Of a DNA stretch of 64,000 nt, positions 54,968-63,954 are shown in pieces. The number at the start of each line of letters is the position of its first letter. The first letter of the stretch is position 1. This DNA comes from a virus. The translations under genes and the position numbers were made by a program. The notes beneath the pieces were generated by a model. The model saw nothing but the letters and a program-made list of their open reading frames with translations. It was not told where the DNA came from and did not search any database. The stretch covers positions 32,529 to 96,528 of the IMG/VR virus record IMGVR_UViG_3300047409_000266. One strand, 5' to 3'.

Positions 54968-55786
54968 ATGCTTTTTCCTGTTATTGGTCGCAATGCGTAC
55001 GCACCACAGTATGCACCACAAGCGCTTGCTTTTTTTGCGCGACTGGCGACCCAACCGAGTGACGCACGAAAGAAAGCCTACGCTGATTTGATCGGTGGTC
55101 TCGTCGCTGACGGCATCTGGTCCCTGCTAGATGCACTCTGGATACTGGCGGCAGCGGACTCGGCCACGGCGCTCAAGAACCTCGTTAGTTCGTCGTTCTC
55201 ATTGACCGCAAACGGCGCGATGACGTTCACGGCCAACGCCGGCTATCAGTCGGACAACGTCGCGACCTCGTTCCTTGCGACCGGCTACACACCATCGACG
55301 GCGGGCGGACAGCTCACGCAAAACAGTGGCTCGTTCGGTGCCTATTCGCTCACAACGGATAGCTCGGCCGGTTTTTTCGCCCCGATCGGCTGCATCGACG
55401 CCACCAACGGACTATTCATCTTCCCGCAATTTAGTGCGGGGAGCCTGGGCGGTCGCGTCAATGCAAATGCGGGCGGGACGAACTCCCCAAATCCCATCCC
55501 GAATAGTCAGATGAAGGGGTTCTATACGTTTTCCCGAACGAGTTCGGGGGTCGTGAACGTATACAAGAACGGCTCGACGCTCGGTTCAATCGCGCAGACC
55601 TCATCAGGTCTCCCAACCGTGGCGATGACGCTGTTCTCGCGCAACAACAACGGAACACAAGATGATCCATGGCCAGATCAGTGCTCGGCGTTCTATATCG
55701 GTGGCGGATTAAACGCGGCGCAAGTGCTCCAACTCTCCACCCGCATCAACACTTACATGACAGTACTCGGCATCAACGTCTACTAA
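54968..55786 (+). CDS. lectin-like virion protein (paralogue of 50207..51049)
   Basis: Extensive identical blocks with the paralogue. Confidence 0.65.
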   Translation: MLFPVIGRNAYAPQYAPQALAFFARLATQPSDARKKAYADLIGGLVADGIWSLLDALWILAAADSATALKNLVSSSFSLTANGAMTFTANAGYQSDNVATSFLATGYTPSTAGGQLTQNSGSFGAYSLTTDSSAGFFAPIGCIDATNGLFIFPQFSAGSLGGRVNANAGGTNSPNPIPNSQMKGFYTFSRTSSGVVNVYKNGSTLGSIAQTSSGLPTVAMTLFSRNNNGTQDDPWPDQCSAFYIGGGLNAAQVLQLSTRINTYMTVLGINVY

Positions 55787-55800
55787 TTGAAAGATGATCG

Positions 55801-58023
55801 ATGGCTGACAACCCACCTTTTAGTCAGATGGGGCGTCTCGCCGTTATTGCGGCGGTTGTTGCCGCTTCATGGCAAGTTGACCCATATGTTTTCATTGGTG
55901 GTCAGCAGCCGTATGCGCCTCGTGTTCTTCCTATTGTTACCACTCCGACTGGATTTACGCAGGCTGGCACATCACCTATCATTTTTGAAGTTGAATACGC
56001 GCTAGACCCACTACCAACACTTAACACAAAACTTTCACCATCAATAACGGCTTCCGTTGTAAACGAACCACCGTATAGTAATTTTAGCAGAACCGCATTT
56101 GGAATGGCGATCGCGGCGTCGATCGCGCAACCCGATCCATGGGTTTATGGCTTCTTCGGAGCGCAGCAGCCGTATGCGCCGCGCAGGCTTACACCGTCTC
56201 TTATCGATATTGCGGTCAACAACGCCCCGGTTACAAACGCTGGGCGCTCTGCCGCGTCGGCAACCATCCTTGCACTGTGTCAGCCGCCTGACCCGCAACC
56301 GTTTGTCGGAGGCAGGCAACCGACAGAACCGCGGCGCGCCAATCCCGCCAACCTCGGCGTGCAGGTTAGCAATCCGCCGCTCGGGCATCCTGGCCGCGAT
56401 TGGAACCCAGCGGGACAGTTCAGCGCTTGTCTGGCCCAGCCTGATCCGTGGACCTACGCTGGAGTCGGCGGCAAACAGCCGTATGGTCCGAGGGTTCTAC
56501 CGGCAGTACTTCTTGCCGTCAGTGTCGACCAGCCACCGCTGCTGGTGCGAGATTTTACGGTCTACAGCGAGGATGATCCGCTCCCTCAACGCGGCACACA
56601 CCTACCGGCGTCCATTACCGCAACGCGCGTTGATCAGCCGCCGCCGCTGGCGCTTCGTGTGCAGCCGCCTTGGCCGGATGAATACTATCCGGTCATTGTC
56701 TCGGTCGCGCCGACGCCGACCGTTGTGGCGGCTCCAGGCGTGCCGCAGGCGGTCGCGGAGATTAAGAGCTATTACGAAGTTCCCGATGGGCTTCCGATCC
56801 TGCCGACAAAGCTTGCCGCCGCCACAGTACCTCGCGTCGACCAGCCGCCTGGATTTGAAAATGATTTCCTTGTCGTCGACGTGTTCGATGGCCTGCCGGT
56901 GCTGCCCAAGAAGGGTGCTGCGGCGCTACCGCAGCCGGTCGTTAGCGCGCGCACGGCTTATACCCGGCCTTGGATAGAGAGTGTTGTTCGGTCTTGGCAA
57001 CAGCCTGACCCGTTACCGACGCTGCCGCGCTACGCTGCCGCGCTTATTCCGCCGCCGATCGTATCGACGATAAATCCATATACCAACACTACGCTGCCTG
57101 TAATTCTTGCATCTTGGCAACCGCCAGATCCTGCGCCGACTATTCAGCGCAAATTGTCGCCAGCAATAATCGCAGTTCCAGCCAATCAATCAGGTTGGCG
57201 CCCAACCCAGCTTATTGCGGTAACGCGAACGTGGCAGTCGCCAGATCCACTGCCGACACTTCCGGGAAAACTAAACCCGGCGCTGCTCGCCGTTGCCGTC
57301 AATAACCCACCGTTGATTACTCGCGATTTCATCGTCTACACGACAGATGATCCACTACCACAACTAAGTTCCAAGCTATCGCCGAATACGCCGGGACTAT
57401 CTGTCGATCAACCGCCATTCATCGCAATGCGAATGGTTGGTTCATGGGCAAAACCATGGACGCTGATTCAGACTTTACCGAGCGCGTTCTTCCCCGGTGT
57501 AGCGGTCGACAACCCGCCATTTACGCATCGTGCACGCACGCAGCTTGGCATCAGCCTTGCGGCCTGGGCTGCTCAACCTAATCCGTGGACCTATACGTTT
57601 GCAGGCGGCCTACAGCCGTTCGCAGGAATAAAACAAACACCTCCTAGTGGACCACTCCCCCCACCAGTCCCAGACGTCATACCGTCTCAGGGCGGTGGCA
57701 AAAAGAAGTTACACACCCCGTATATACCGTCTCCGCCGTATGACGTTAAACCCAACAAACCTTTCAAGCCAGTTTGGGATCGCGGCGGCACAAAAGATGA
57801 ACCGAAGGCAGCGCCAGCCGCGGCACCTATCCCGCCGCCTCCGCCAGAACTGTTCTCCGGTAGCAAGACCGCAAGTCTCGATGTTTCAAAACTTCCGTCC
57901 TTGGATCAATTCGGAATGCCAAATATGCAGCAATACGGCCAGCAGATCCACGATGCCGAGGACTTGAGCGACATTATGCGGTTGCTCGAGGAACTAACCG
58001 CTATCGATCCAAACAAGTCCTAA
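55801..58023 (+). CDS. long Pro-rich repeat protein
   Basis: Repeated QPDPW..GGxQPYxPR, WQxPDPLPTL and V(D/N)xPP units; GGGKKK; acidic C-terminus. Confidence 0.75.
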   Translation: MADNPPFSQMGRLAVIAAVVAASWQVDPYVFIGGQQPYAPRVLPIVTTPTGFTQAGTSPIIFEVEYALDPLPTLNTKLSPSITASVVNEPPYSNFSRTAFGMAIAASIAQPDPWVYGFFGAQQPYAPRRLTPSLIDIAVNNAPVTNAGRSAASATILALCQPPDPQPFVGGRQPTEPRRANPANLGVQVSNPPLGHPGRDWNPAGQFSACLAQPDPWTYAGVGGKQPYGPRVLPAVLLAVSVDQPPLLVRDFTVYSEDDPLPQRGTHLPASITATRVDQPPPLALRVQPPWPDEYYPVIVSVAPTPTVVAAPGVPQAVAEIKSYYEVPDGLPILPTKLAAATVPRVDQPPGFENDFLVVDVFDGLPVLPKKGAAALPQPVVSARTAYTRPWIESVVRSWQQPDPLPTLPRYAAALIPPPIVSTINPYTNTTLPVILASWQPPDPAPTIQRKLSPAIIAVPANQSGWRPTQLIAVTRTWQSPDPLPTLPGKLNPALLAVAVNNPPLITRDFIVYTTDDPLPQLSSKLSPNTPGLSVDQPPFIAMRMVGSWAKPWTLIQTLPSAFFPGVAVDNPPFTHRARTQLGISLAAWAAQPNPWTYTFAGGLQPFAGIKQTPPSGPLPPPVPDVIPSQGGGKKKLHTPYIPSPPYDVKPNKPFKPVWDRGGTKDEPKAAPAAAPIPPPPPELFSGSKTASLDVSKLPSLDQFGMPNMQQYGQQIHDAEDLSDIMRLLEELTAIDPNKS

Positions 58024-58041
58024 GCACCAGAGATCATCGAA

Positions 58042-58449
58042 ATGCCTCAAGATCCTATTCTGCGTCTTGCACAAAAGCGCATCATAAAGGCAAGCATAGA
58101 TCTTGAGGTGCAGCTTTCGACTATGCAAGGCAGTGCTCCAGCAATCGAAATGCTACGCCGCGCGCGCGATGAAGCCGCTGATTCATTGACAAAGATGGTG
58201 TTTCTAAATCTCGATGACCCAGGTGATCTGATAAAAATGAGGGTCATGCAAAATGAGGTTAAGCGATACGATGAATTGGTCGGGTGGATGAGCACAATCA
58301 TTGCTGAAGGCAAGATGCTCGATGTAGAGATGCAGGAAAGTGAGCGCGATGAGATGCTCGACATCCTGACGGAGACTGCCGAAGGCCAGCAAGAGGCGAT
58401 CGATAGCGGCCTCGTCGACGACCAATCAAAACAGCATTTCGACGCTTAA
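58042..58449 (+). CDS. conserved head-module protein
   Basis: Helical 135-aa ORF directly upstream of scaffold. Confidence 0.6.
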   Translation: MPQDPILRLAQKRIIKASIDLEVQLSTMQGSAPAIEMLRRARDEAADSLTKMVFLNLDDPGDLIKMRVMQNEVKRYDELVGWMSTIIAEGKMLDVEMQESERDEMLDILTETAEGQQEAIDSGLVDDQSKQHFDA

Positions 58450-58474
58450 CCCACCATAGAAGGAGCAAAGACAA

Positions 58475-59776
58475 ATGGCAGAACTTTCCAAAACTGAGCA
58501 GGATGCTGAGAGCAAGGCACGGCAGGAAGCCAAGATAGACTCAGCCACGGAGAAAACGGCGGCTGACGTACTCGACGATGGCGAGCGCGGTAGCGAGGCT
58601 ATCGATACGCGCCAGGAGGCAAAGACAGACAAGCCAGCGGCAGAGCAAAAGCCGTCACCGACAGCGAAAAGCGTAAAGGACAAGACGCGCGACGATATTG
58701 TCTCGCGTTTCAAGGCCGATCGGATTACCGAGAAAGAGGAAGCCGCGGATGACATTACGGAATTTGCCCGCAGCGGCATGCCGCCTGAATTTGATGAGAC
58801 AAACACGCCGGTCGTTGAGCAGGCCGAGACCGAGCAAGAAACAGCCGCCGAGCAAGTTGAAGCGTCCACCCAGCCTCAGAAGATCAAGGTCAAGGTTCGT
58901 GGCAAGGAAATGGAGCTAACGCAAGATGAATTGATCGCGAACGCCCAGAAGGCGCTTGCTGGCGAAAGCTACCTCGAGGAAGGCAAGACCAAGCTCAAAG
59001 AGATCGAGGACCATCTAGCCAAATTAAGGAATCCGGCCGCGCGCGTGGGCCAGGACGACATACACCCTGCCGTTCAAAATCAGACGCAAACTACCGAACA
59101 GACAGCCGACACAAAGGATCAACACCCCGATCCGATGGATAAGCTGATCGAAACTATACAGTTCGGCGATCCAGCGGAAGCCAAGACGCAGTTGCGAGAC
59201 ACCATTGCAGCTACGTCGAAGCAAGTTGTGACTACGGAGCTCGAAAACCAGCGCTTTCAAGACGAAGGTGCTCGGACAAACAAGGTGCTCCAAGACTTCA
59301 GAGACAAGCATGCCGATCTCGCTGCGGATTCGAAGGCGGTTGCCGTCATCGAAACCACAGTCCTCGAACTACAAAAGGAGGATTTGCGAGCAATTGGCTT
59401 CGATCCCGACAAGATCCAGACCCCTAGCGGCGTTGTAACCGCTGGCGACATCGCCACGGCACATCGCTACTATCGGTCCAAAGGAGCCCGCCTCAGAAGT
59501 CCTACCGAAATGCTGGAAACAGCACGGGACGAATATCTGAAGTGGAAGGGGATCGATAAGACTGATGCCACGGTCGAAACGACAGACAAAGCGAAACCGC
59601 GCGTTGAAGTAACAGTAGACCGCACCGCTCGTCGTACGGCCGTACCTCAACAGCCAAGCCGAACCGTATCACCCAAGGTCAATCAACAGCAGCCCGCGGC
59701 AGCGCGGGATCGCTCGTCGATCGTCCAACAGGAGATCGCGCGACGTAACTCCCCGCGTGGAAAAGTCGCCGTCTAA
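58475..59776 (+). CDS. capsid scaffolding protein
   Basis: Acidic E/K/A/T-rich, KIKVKVRGKEMELT motif, directly upstream of MCP. Confidence 0.75.
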   Translation: MAELSKTEQDAESKARQEAKIDSATEKTAADVLDDGERGSEAIDTRQEAKTDKPAAEQKPSPTAKSVKDKTRDDIVSRFKADRITEKEEAADDITEFARSGMPPEFDETNTPVVEQAETEQETAAEQVEASTQPQKIKVKVRGKEMELTQDELIANAQKALAGESYLEEGKTKLKEIEDHLAKLRNPAARVGQDDIHPAVQNQTQTTEQTADTKDQHPDPMDKLIETIQFGDPAEAKTQLRDTIAATSKQVVTTELENQRFQDEGARTNKVLQDFRDKHADLAADSKAVAVIETTVLELQKEDLRAIGFDPDKIQTPSGVVTAGDIATAHRYYRSKGARLRSPTEMLETARDEYLKWKGIDKTDATVETTDKAKPRVEVTVDRTARRTAVPQQPSRTVSPKVNQQQPAAARDRSSIVQQEIARRNSPRGKVAV

Positions 59777-59813
59777 CGAGAAGGAGAGGCTTAGTTCCGA
59801 AAGGAGTTCTGCA

Positions 59814-62800
59814 GTGGCAGGACAACTGTGGTCAATTCCTGCTGAAGGTGGGTACATGTACTCGGACGAATTGTCCGATGTGCTCCGCCAGCAGGTGCAG
59901 CCGCTGACAAAAATGCGTCAGCTCTGCGATGCCGAGGATGGGACAAAGAAAGGTCTCAACCGCGGTGATAAATATAACTGGGACGTCTACAGCAATGTTG
60001 GCACCCAAGGTCGACGATTGGATGAATCGGCACCAATCCCAGAAACGGGATTTACGATCATTCAACACCAGCTTACGGTTAGTGATAGCCGCACTCAGAT
60101 TTACGTTTGAGTGAAACACTGGGTTAATTCGGGGAAACTCTCTCTGAGACAATCCCGAGCCAAGCCGTCGACGTAGTGAGAAATCACCAGGGCGACGGAA
60201 GGTGTAACGACTAGGCGGTGAGGAAACAATAATCCGCCCACGAACACCCAGGACATTACTGCCAGTGGTCTAAAAACGCCTTTCGCTTCCGACGGAGGTA
60301 AATGGAAGCGTCTCTGTAAATCCAACTCAACACGTTAGTTTTCTTGCCGCCGGACAATCGCCACAGCTTATTTTCTTGATGGGCTTTGGTGAGCATCATG
60401 CCGGTATGAGAGAAGATCGCCGCGCGCAAGCCGTCGATCAACATTTCGGTCCCAGAGAAGCAGAACGACTTCGCTTTAACACTGCCATCACCATCGAGAA
60501 GCCCGCGCATGTAATGTCGTTCTAGGTGCTTTGGCACCTTGGAGTATTGCAGCGTGTGGCTCTTTCTAGGTGTGACGCCATGTTTGATGATGTCGCGTAC
60601 TAGCTTCTGGCTTCCGAAATAGATGAACTTGTAGGGGCCCCGATTGGGGTACTTCGGGTCTATCTCTCTCTGAAAAATGCGAGCGTTTGATCCCATCGCC
60701 GACCGGATATCCCGGAGGATATGGACGTCCCTCGCTTGGAGCATGAGAACAACAGAGCGGCCAGCAGACGGTATGGTTCCGTCGGCCGCAAGGAACCCTA
60801 GAATATAAGCCTTCTGTTCGGTATCGATCTTCTCGAAGAAGCTTTCATCGAGAGTGTATCGCCGTCGCACGCGGCTTCTATAAATCTCGGATTCGTGGCG
60901 ACGAGTTCTGATGGTCTGCTCGGTGCAATCGAATTTTGCAGCGAGTTCACTATCCGAATAGCGCTCTGTGAGTTGGAGCAAGGCATTCCCTGACGGGATA
61001 TCGTAACTGTACGGCCGCTCCTTCTGGATAAGGCCGTATTCCAGTCCCCAAAGCCGAATGCTTGAACGGTTGCAGCCAATCACGGCGGCAGCATCAGAGA
61101 TTGAGTGCGTTGCTAACAATGAACGGAGATCGTTCTTTGTTGGTCGTTTATACGGTTTTCCTGTCATTACTGAACCGTAAACCATTGTTGTATAATGTCA
61201 AGAGATAGTCTGAGCAGCCGCGCGAGCGGTTGATGCCGTGGATAAAGAGCTGCGGCGGTAACATCCTGTTATGAAGCTGGCAATTCGGTTTTCTAAAGGG
61301 AGCCGAAGTAAAATCGCGTGAAACGGGGAAACTCTCCACAAGCGGAGACAATCCCGTAGGAAGCCGCAGCGGGCATTTTGATGCTGCGGAACCTCTAGAG
61401 ACTAGGCTGTGAGTCCCAACAATAATCAGCCCACGAGCGCGCGACGCGAAAGCGAAAAGATAGTCCCATCAGCACGGTGACGTGTTGAAAGCCACGGATA
61501 AAGAGCCGCGGCGAAGAAGAAATGTCCCTACACCGGCAAGCTTGTTGCGTTGGCGAAGCATCAAGTCGCCGCGATCATCGACAAGACGCTAAAGGACGAC
61601 GCACGCAAGTACTTTGACATTGAAGCATTCCTTCAATTCAAAAATACAGCCTTGCGCGCCGCACCTTCTGGCGGAACCTCTGCTACCGCGATCACGCTCG
61701 ACACTGGTGGAACCTCTACCGTGACGAACAACCTCGCGCTTGGCACTGGTCACATCAAGGCCATCGTCGATGCGATGAAAGAAAGGAACATCCCACCGTT
61801 TACGGCGGATGACTACGTTGGTGTTTCTCATCCTTCGACATGGCGAAATCTCAAGAACAGTCTCGAAACAATACATCAGTACACAGAGACTGGTCTCGCT
61901 TGTGATGGGCGCCTCGCCGCGTGAGCGGTGAGTGATAATCTCGCTAATTGCTGGAACCCGCTTAGAGCCGAACGGCCACAGCGTAGCTCGTAAGGGCAAG
62001 CGCGAAGGGTGAAAATCGTTCGGATTGCGCAATCAGCAGCCGAGCCGCTAGATCAGCGGAAGGTTCAACGACCAGGGCGGAAGCCCGTAGGGGATAAGCA
62101 TCCCCGAAACGCGAGATGGCTCGAAAGAGTCAGTGATATGGTCTACTCTGCGATTCGAAAGACGCAGCAGGAGAAAGAGAAATGCCGAGAGGATTAGATC
62201 GGCCGACGTGCAGTATTGAAGGCTGCGACCGTCCACACTTTGGGCACGGCATGTGTAGTCTACATTATCAGCGTTGGCGATCTACAGGCATCACGACCCA
62301 TGAGATTGATCGGAAAGCAAAGTTATCCGTTCGAGAAATTATGGTCGAGATGTTGCTCGATGGCATTAGAGAGTTGGATGATGGGTGCTGGATTTGCACG
62401 ACTGCCTATCCCGGTAAGAAGGGATATCATAGACTGCAAGTCCGGCGCGGCAACGTGGTTCATCGCGAGATGGCGCACCGCGTTAGTTTCGAGCATTTCA
62501 AAGGGCATCTTGGCCCACGTATGCTCGTATGTCATTCATGCGACTATCCTCCGTGTTGTAATCCTGCACACCTGTTCCAAGGTACGCACGCTCACAACAC
62601 TCAGGATATGGTGAGAAAGCAGAGAGGTTTGGTTGGCGAACTAAATATGAATGCGTTGCTTACCGAAGCCAAAGTGCTTTCCATATATCAGGACGAAGAT
62701 TTTGGACTGACTAGAGTGGCAATTGCCAAAAAACACGGCGTCAATCCAGAAACTATTTCTCACGTCCTGAGCGGTCGCAACTGGAAACATCTCTTTCTGC

Positions 62801-63173
62801 GGCACAGGCACAGCGACCCTGTGTGAATTAGTGGCACATCTTCAACGGCGAAATCGGAAGATATGAGTCCTGTCGTTTTGTCGAGCAGACCTTCATCCCG
62901 AAGGGCGGCGCGGCGGATGCGACAGCAGCCGGAACATACGATCCATGGGGTGGCATTGCTGACCCATGGAACAACGGATTGTCGTCATGGGCTTTCATAC
63001 TTGGCGGTGATACGGTCACAGAAGCAATCTGCGTCCCAGAGGAAATTAGAGCTAAGATTCCAGGCGATTTCGGCCGCTCTCGCGGCATTGCTTGGTATTA
63101 TCTCGGAGGTTTTGGTCTGGTGCACACTGACAGCCTGAATGCTAGGGTTGTCATGTGGGACAGCGCAGCGTAA
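59814..63173 (+). CDS. major capsid protein (N4-gp56-like), spliced: join(59814..60079,61269..61289,61525..61900,62835..63173), 333 aa
   Basis: GTG start with SD AAGGAG; exons total 1002 nt and read ...QLTV|YEAGNSV|PYTGKL...TETGLA|HIFNGEIGRYESCRFVEQT...DFGRSRGIAWYYLGGF. Confidence 0.88.
60080..61268 (+). ncRNA. group I intron 1 in MCP gene (IA-like, ORF in P8)
   Basis: U-G splice pair CGGT|TAGTGATAGCCG; P7 GACTA(60209)/TAGTC(61206); P8 GACATTA/TAATGTC; terminal G 61268. Confidence 0.85.
60256..61185 (-). CDS. intron-encoded two-motif LAGLIDADG homing endonuclease with N-terminal HTH repeats, antisense to the intron
   Basis: YILGFLAADG and YMRGLLDGDG; start may be ATG 61167. Confidence 0.85.
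   Translation of the reverse strand: MVYGSVMTGKPYKRPTKNDLRSLLATHSISDAAAVIGCNRSSIRLWGLEYGLIQKERPYSYDIPSGNALLQLTERYSDSELAAKFDCTEQTIRTRRHESEIYRSRVRRRYTLDESFFEKIDTEQKAYILGFLAADGTIPSAGRSVVLMLQARDVHILRDIRSAMGSNARIFQREIDPKYPNRGPYKFIYFGSQKLVRDIIKHGVTPRKSHTLQYSKVPKHLERHYMRGLLDGDGSVKAKSFCFSGTEMLIDGLRAAIFSHTGMMLTKAHQENKLWRLSGGKKTNVLSWIYRDASIYLRRKRKAFLDHWQ
61290..61524 (+). ncRNA. group I intron 2 in MCP gene (235 nt, no ORF)
   Basis: P1 TTCGGT|...GCCGAA; IGS AGGGA pairs with 3' exon TCCCT (P10); P7 GACTA(61400)/TAGTC(61461); terminal G 61524. Confidence 0.9.
61901..62834 (+). ncRNA. group I intron 3 in MCP gene (IA2-like, ORF 3' of the core)
   Basis: P1 CGCT|TGTGATGGGCG; P3 ATCTCGC/GCGAGAT; P/Q AATTGCTGG/AATCAGCAG; P7 GACCA(62070)/TGGTC(62139); terminal G 62834. 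Confidence 0.85.
62182..62826 (+). CDS. intron-encoded HNH homing endonuclease (Zn-binding)
   Basis: CxxxGC...GMCxxHYQR N-terminus; AHRVSF...VCHSCDYPPCCNPAHLxxGTxxxNxxDM; C-terminal HTH; SD AGGAG. Confidence 0.88.
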   Translation: MPRGLDRPTCSIEGCDRPHFGHGMCSLHYQRWRSTGITTHEIDRKAKLSVREIMVEMLLDGIRELDDGCWICTTAYPGKKGYHRLQVRRGNVVHREMAHRVSFEHFKGHLGPRMLVCHSCDYPPCCNPAHLFQGTHAHNTQDMVRKQRGLVGELNMNALLTEAKVLSIYQDEDFGLTRVAIAKKHGVNPETISHVLSGRNWKHLFLRHRHSDPV

Positions 63174-63186
63174 GGAGAAAAACACA

Positions 63187-63954
63187 ATGGCTTACAACGC
63201 TCCTTACTTCGAAACCTATCAGTGGGCCGAAGATGCTACTTTCGGCAGCACTGCCATCACGCACAACATCATGGGGCCGAGAGGCCGCGTTGGTTTTGTC
63301 CGTGACATCAGTGTCGATGTGACGACCGCTCTGGTTGGCACAACGACAGTACCGGAAATCAGGGTTGGCTTTTCTTCGGGCGACTTCACCTATGGTCGCT
63401 ATCGTTTGGGAAGCACTATCAGTCTTGGCTATGCTGTTGGCATACACCGTGCCAGCATCGAAGCATGGTCTGGCAACCCACCGCGAACGCTAAACGATTT
63501 TGCGAGCCACGTCGTTCTTGACGGCGGCCCATTGACATCGCAAGGCATCGCGGGCGGCTCGTACGGCACAGTTGTGCCTGCAGGCCGCATTCCGACTGGA
63601 CCGCTCCAGATCACAAACGTGATCTTGGGCACGACAGCAAACTCCAACCGCGTTTTCGTCAATGGCCTTACGCCCGGTCCGGGAGGTATCTCGGTCGGTC
63701 AGAAGGTCTTGGTGGCTGGCGTTGCTGGTGTGAACTCGACTGAGAATGCGGTCCTGACAGTCGCGGCAATCGATACCACAAACTATCAGTGGGTCGAACT
63801 GACGACACAGACGTTCTCCGGTGCCTACACCGGCGGTGGCTGGTTGATGCCTCTTGTGGTCGTTACGAGCACGATTGGCGTCGGCGGCTCTCCTGCTGGC
63901 GGTGGTATCATCCGTGTCCATATCCAATGGATCGGAACTGATTCCGGCGGTTAA
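63187..63954 (+). CDS. putative capsid decoration/cement protein
   Basis: Directly downstream of MCP with SD AAGGAG; G/T/V-rich beta-type composition. Confidence 0.6.
   Translation: MAYNAPYFETYQWAEDATFGSTAITHNIMGPRGRVGFVRDISVDVTTALVGTTTVPEIRVGFSSGDFTYGRYRLGSTISLGYAVGIHRASIEAWSGNPPRTLNDFASHVVLDGGPLTSQGIAGGSYGTVVPAGRIPTGPLQITNVILGTTANSNRVFVNGLTPGPGGISVGQKVLVAGVAGVNSTENAVLTVAAIDTTNYQWVELTTQTFSGAYTGGGWLMPLVVVTSTIGVGGSPAGGGIIRVHIQWIGTDSGG

Noticed and set aside
50207-55786. Diversity-generating retroelement template/variable repeat pair
   Set aside because: No reverse transcriptase in the window; the paralogues differ throughout, including indels, not only at adenines
60256-61185. Intein in the capsid protein
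   Set aside because: The LAGLIDADG ORF is on the opposite strand, has its own stop and lacks intein splicing termini
59757-63173. Capsid pseudogene fragments (ORFs 59757..60110, 61550..61924, 62979..63173)
   Set aside because: They join in frame once three group I introns are removed
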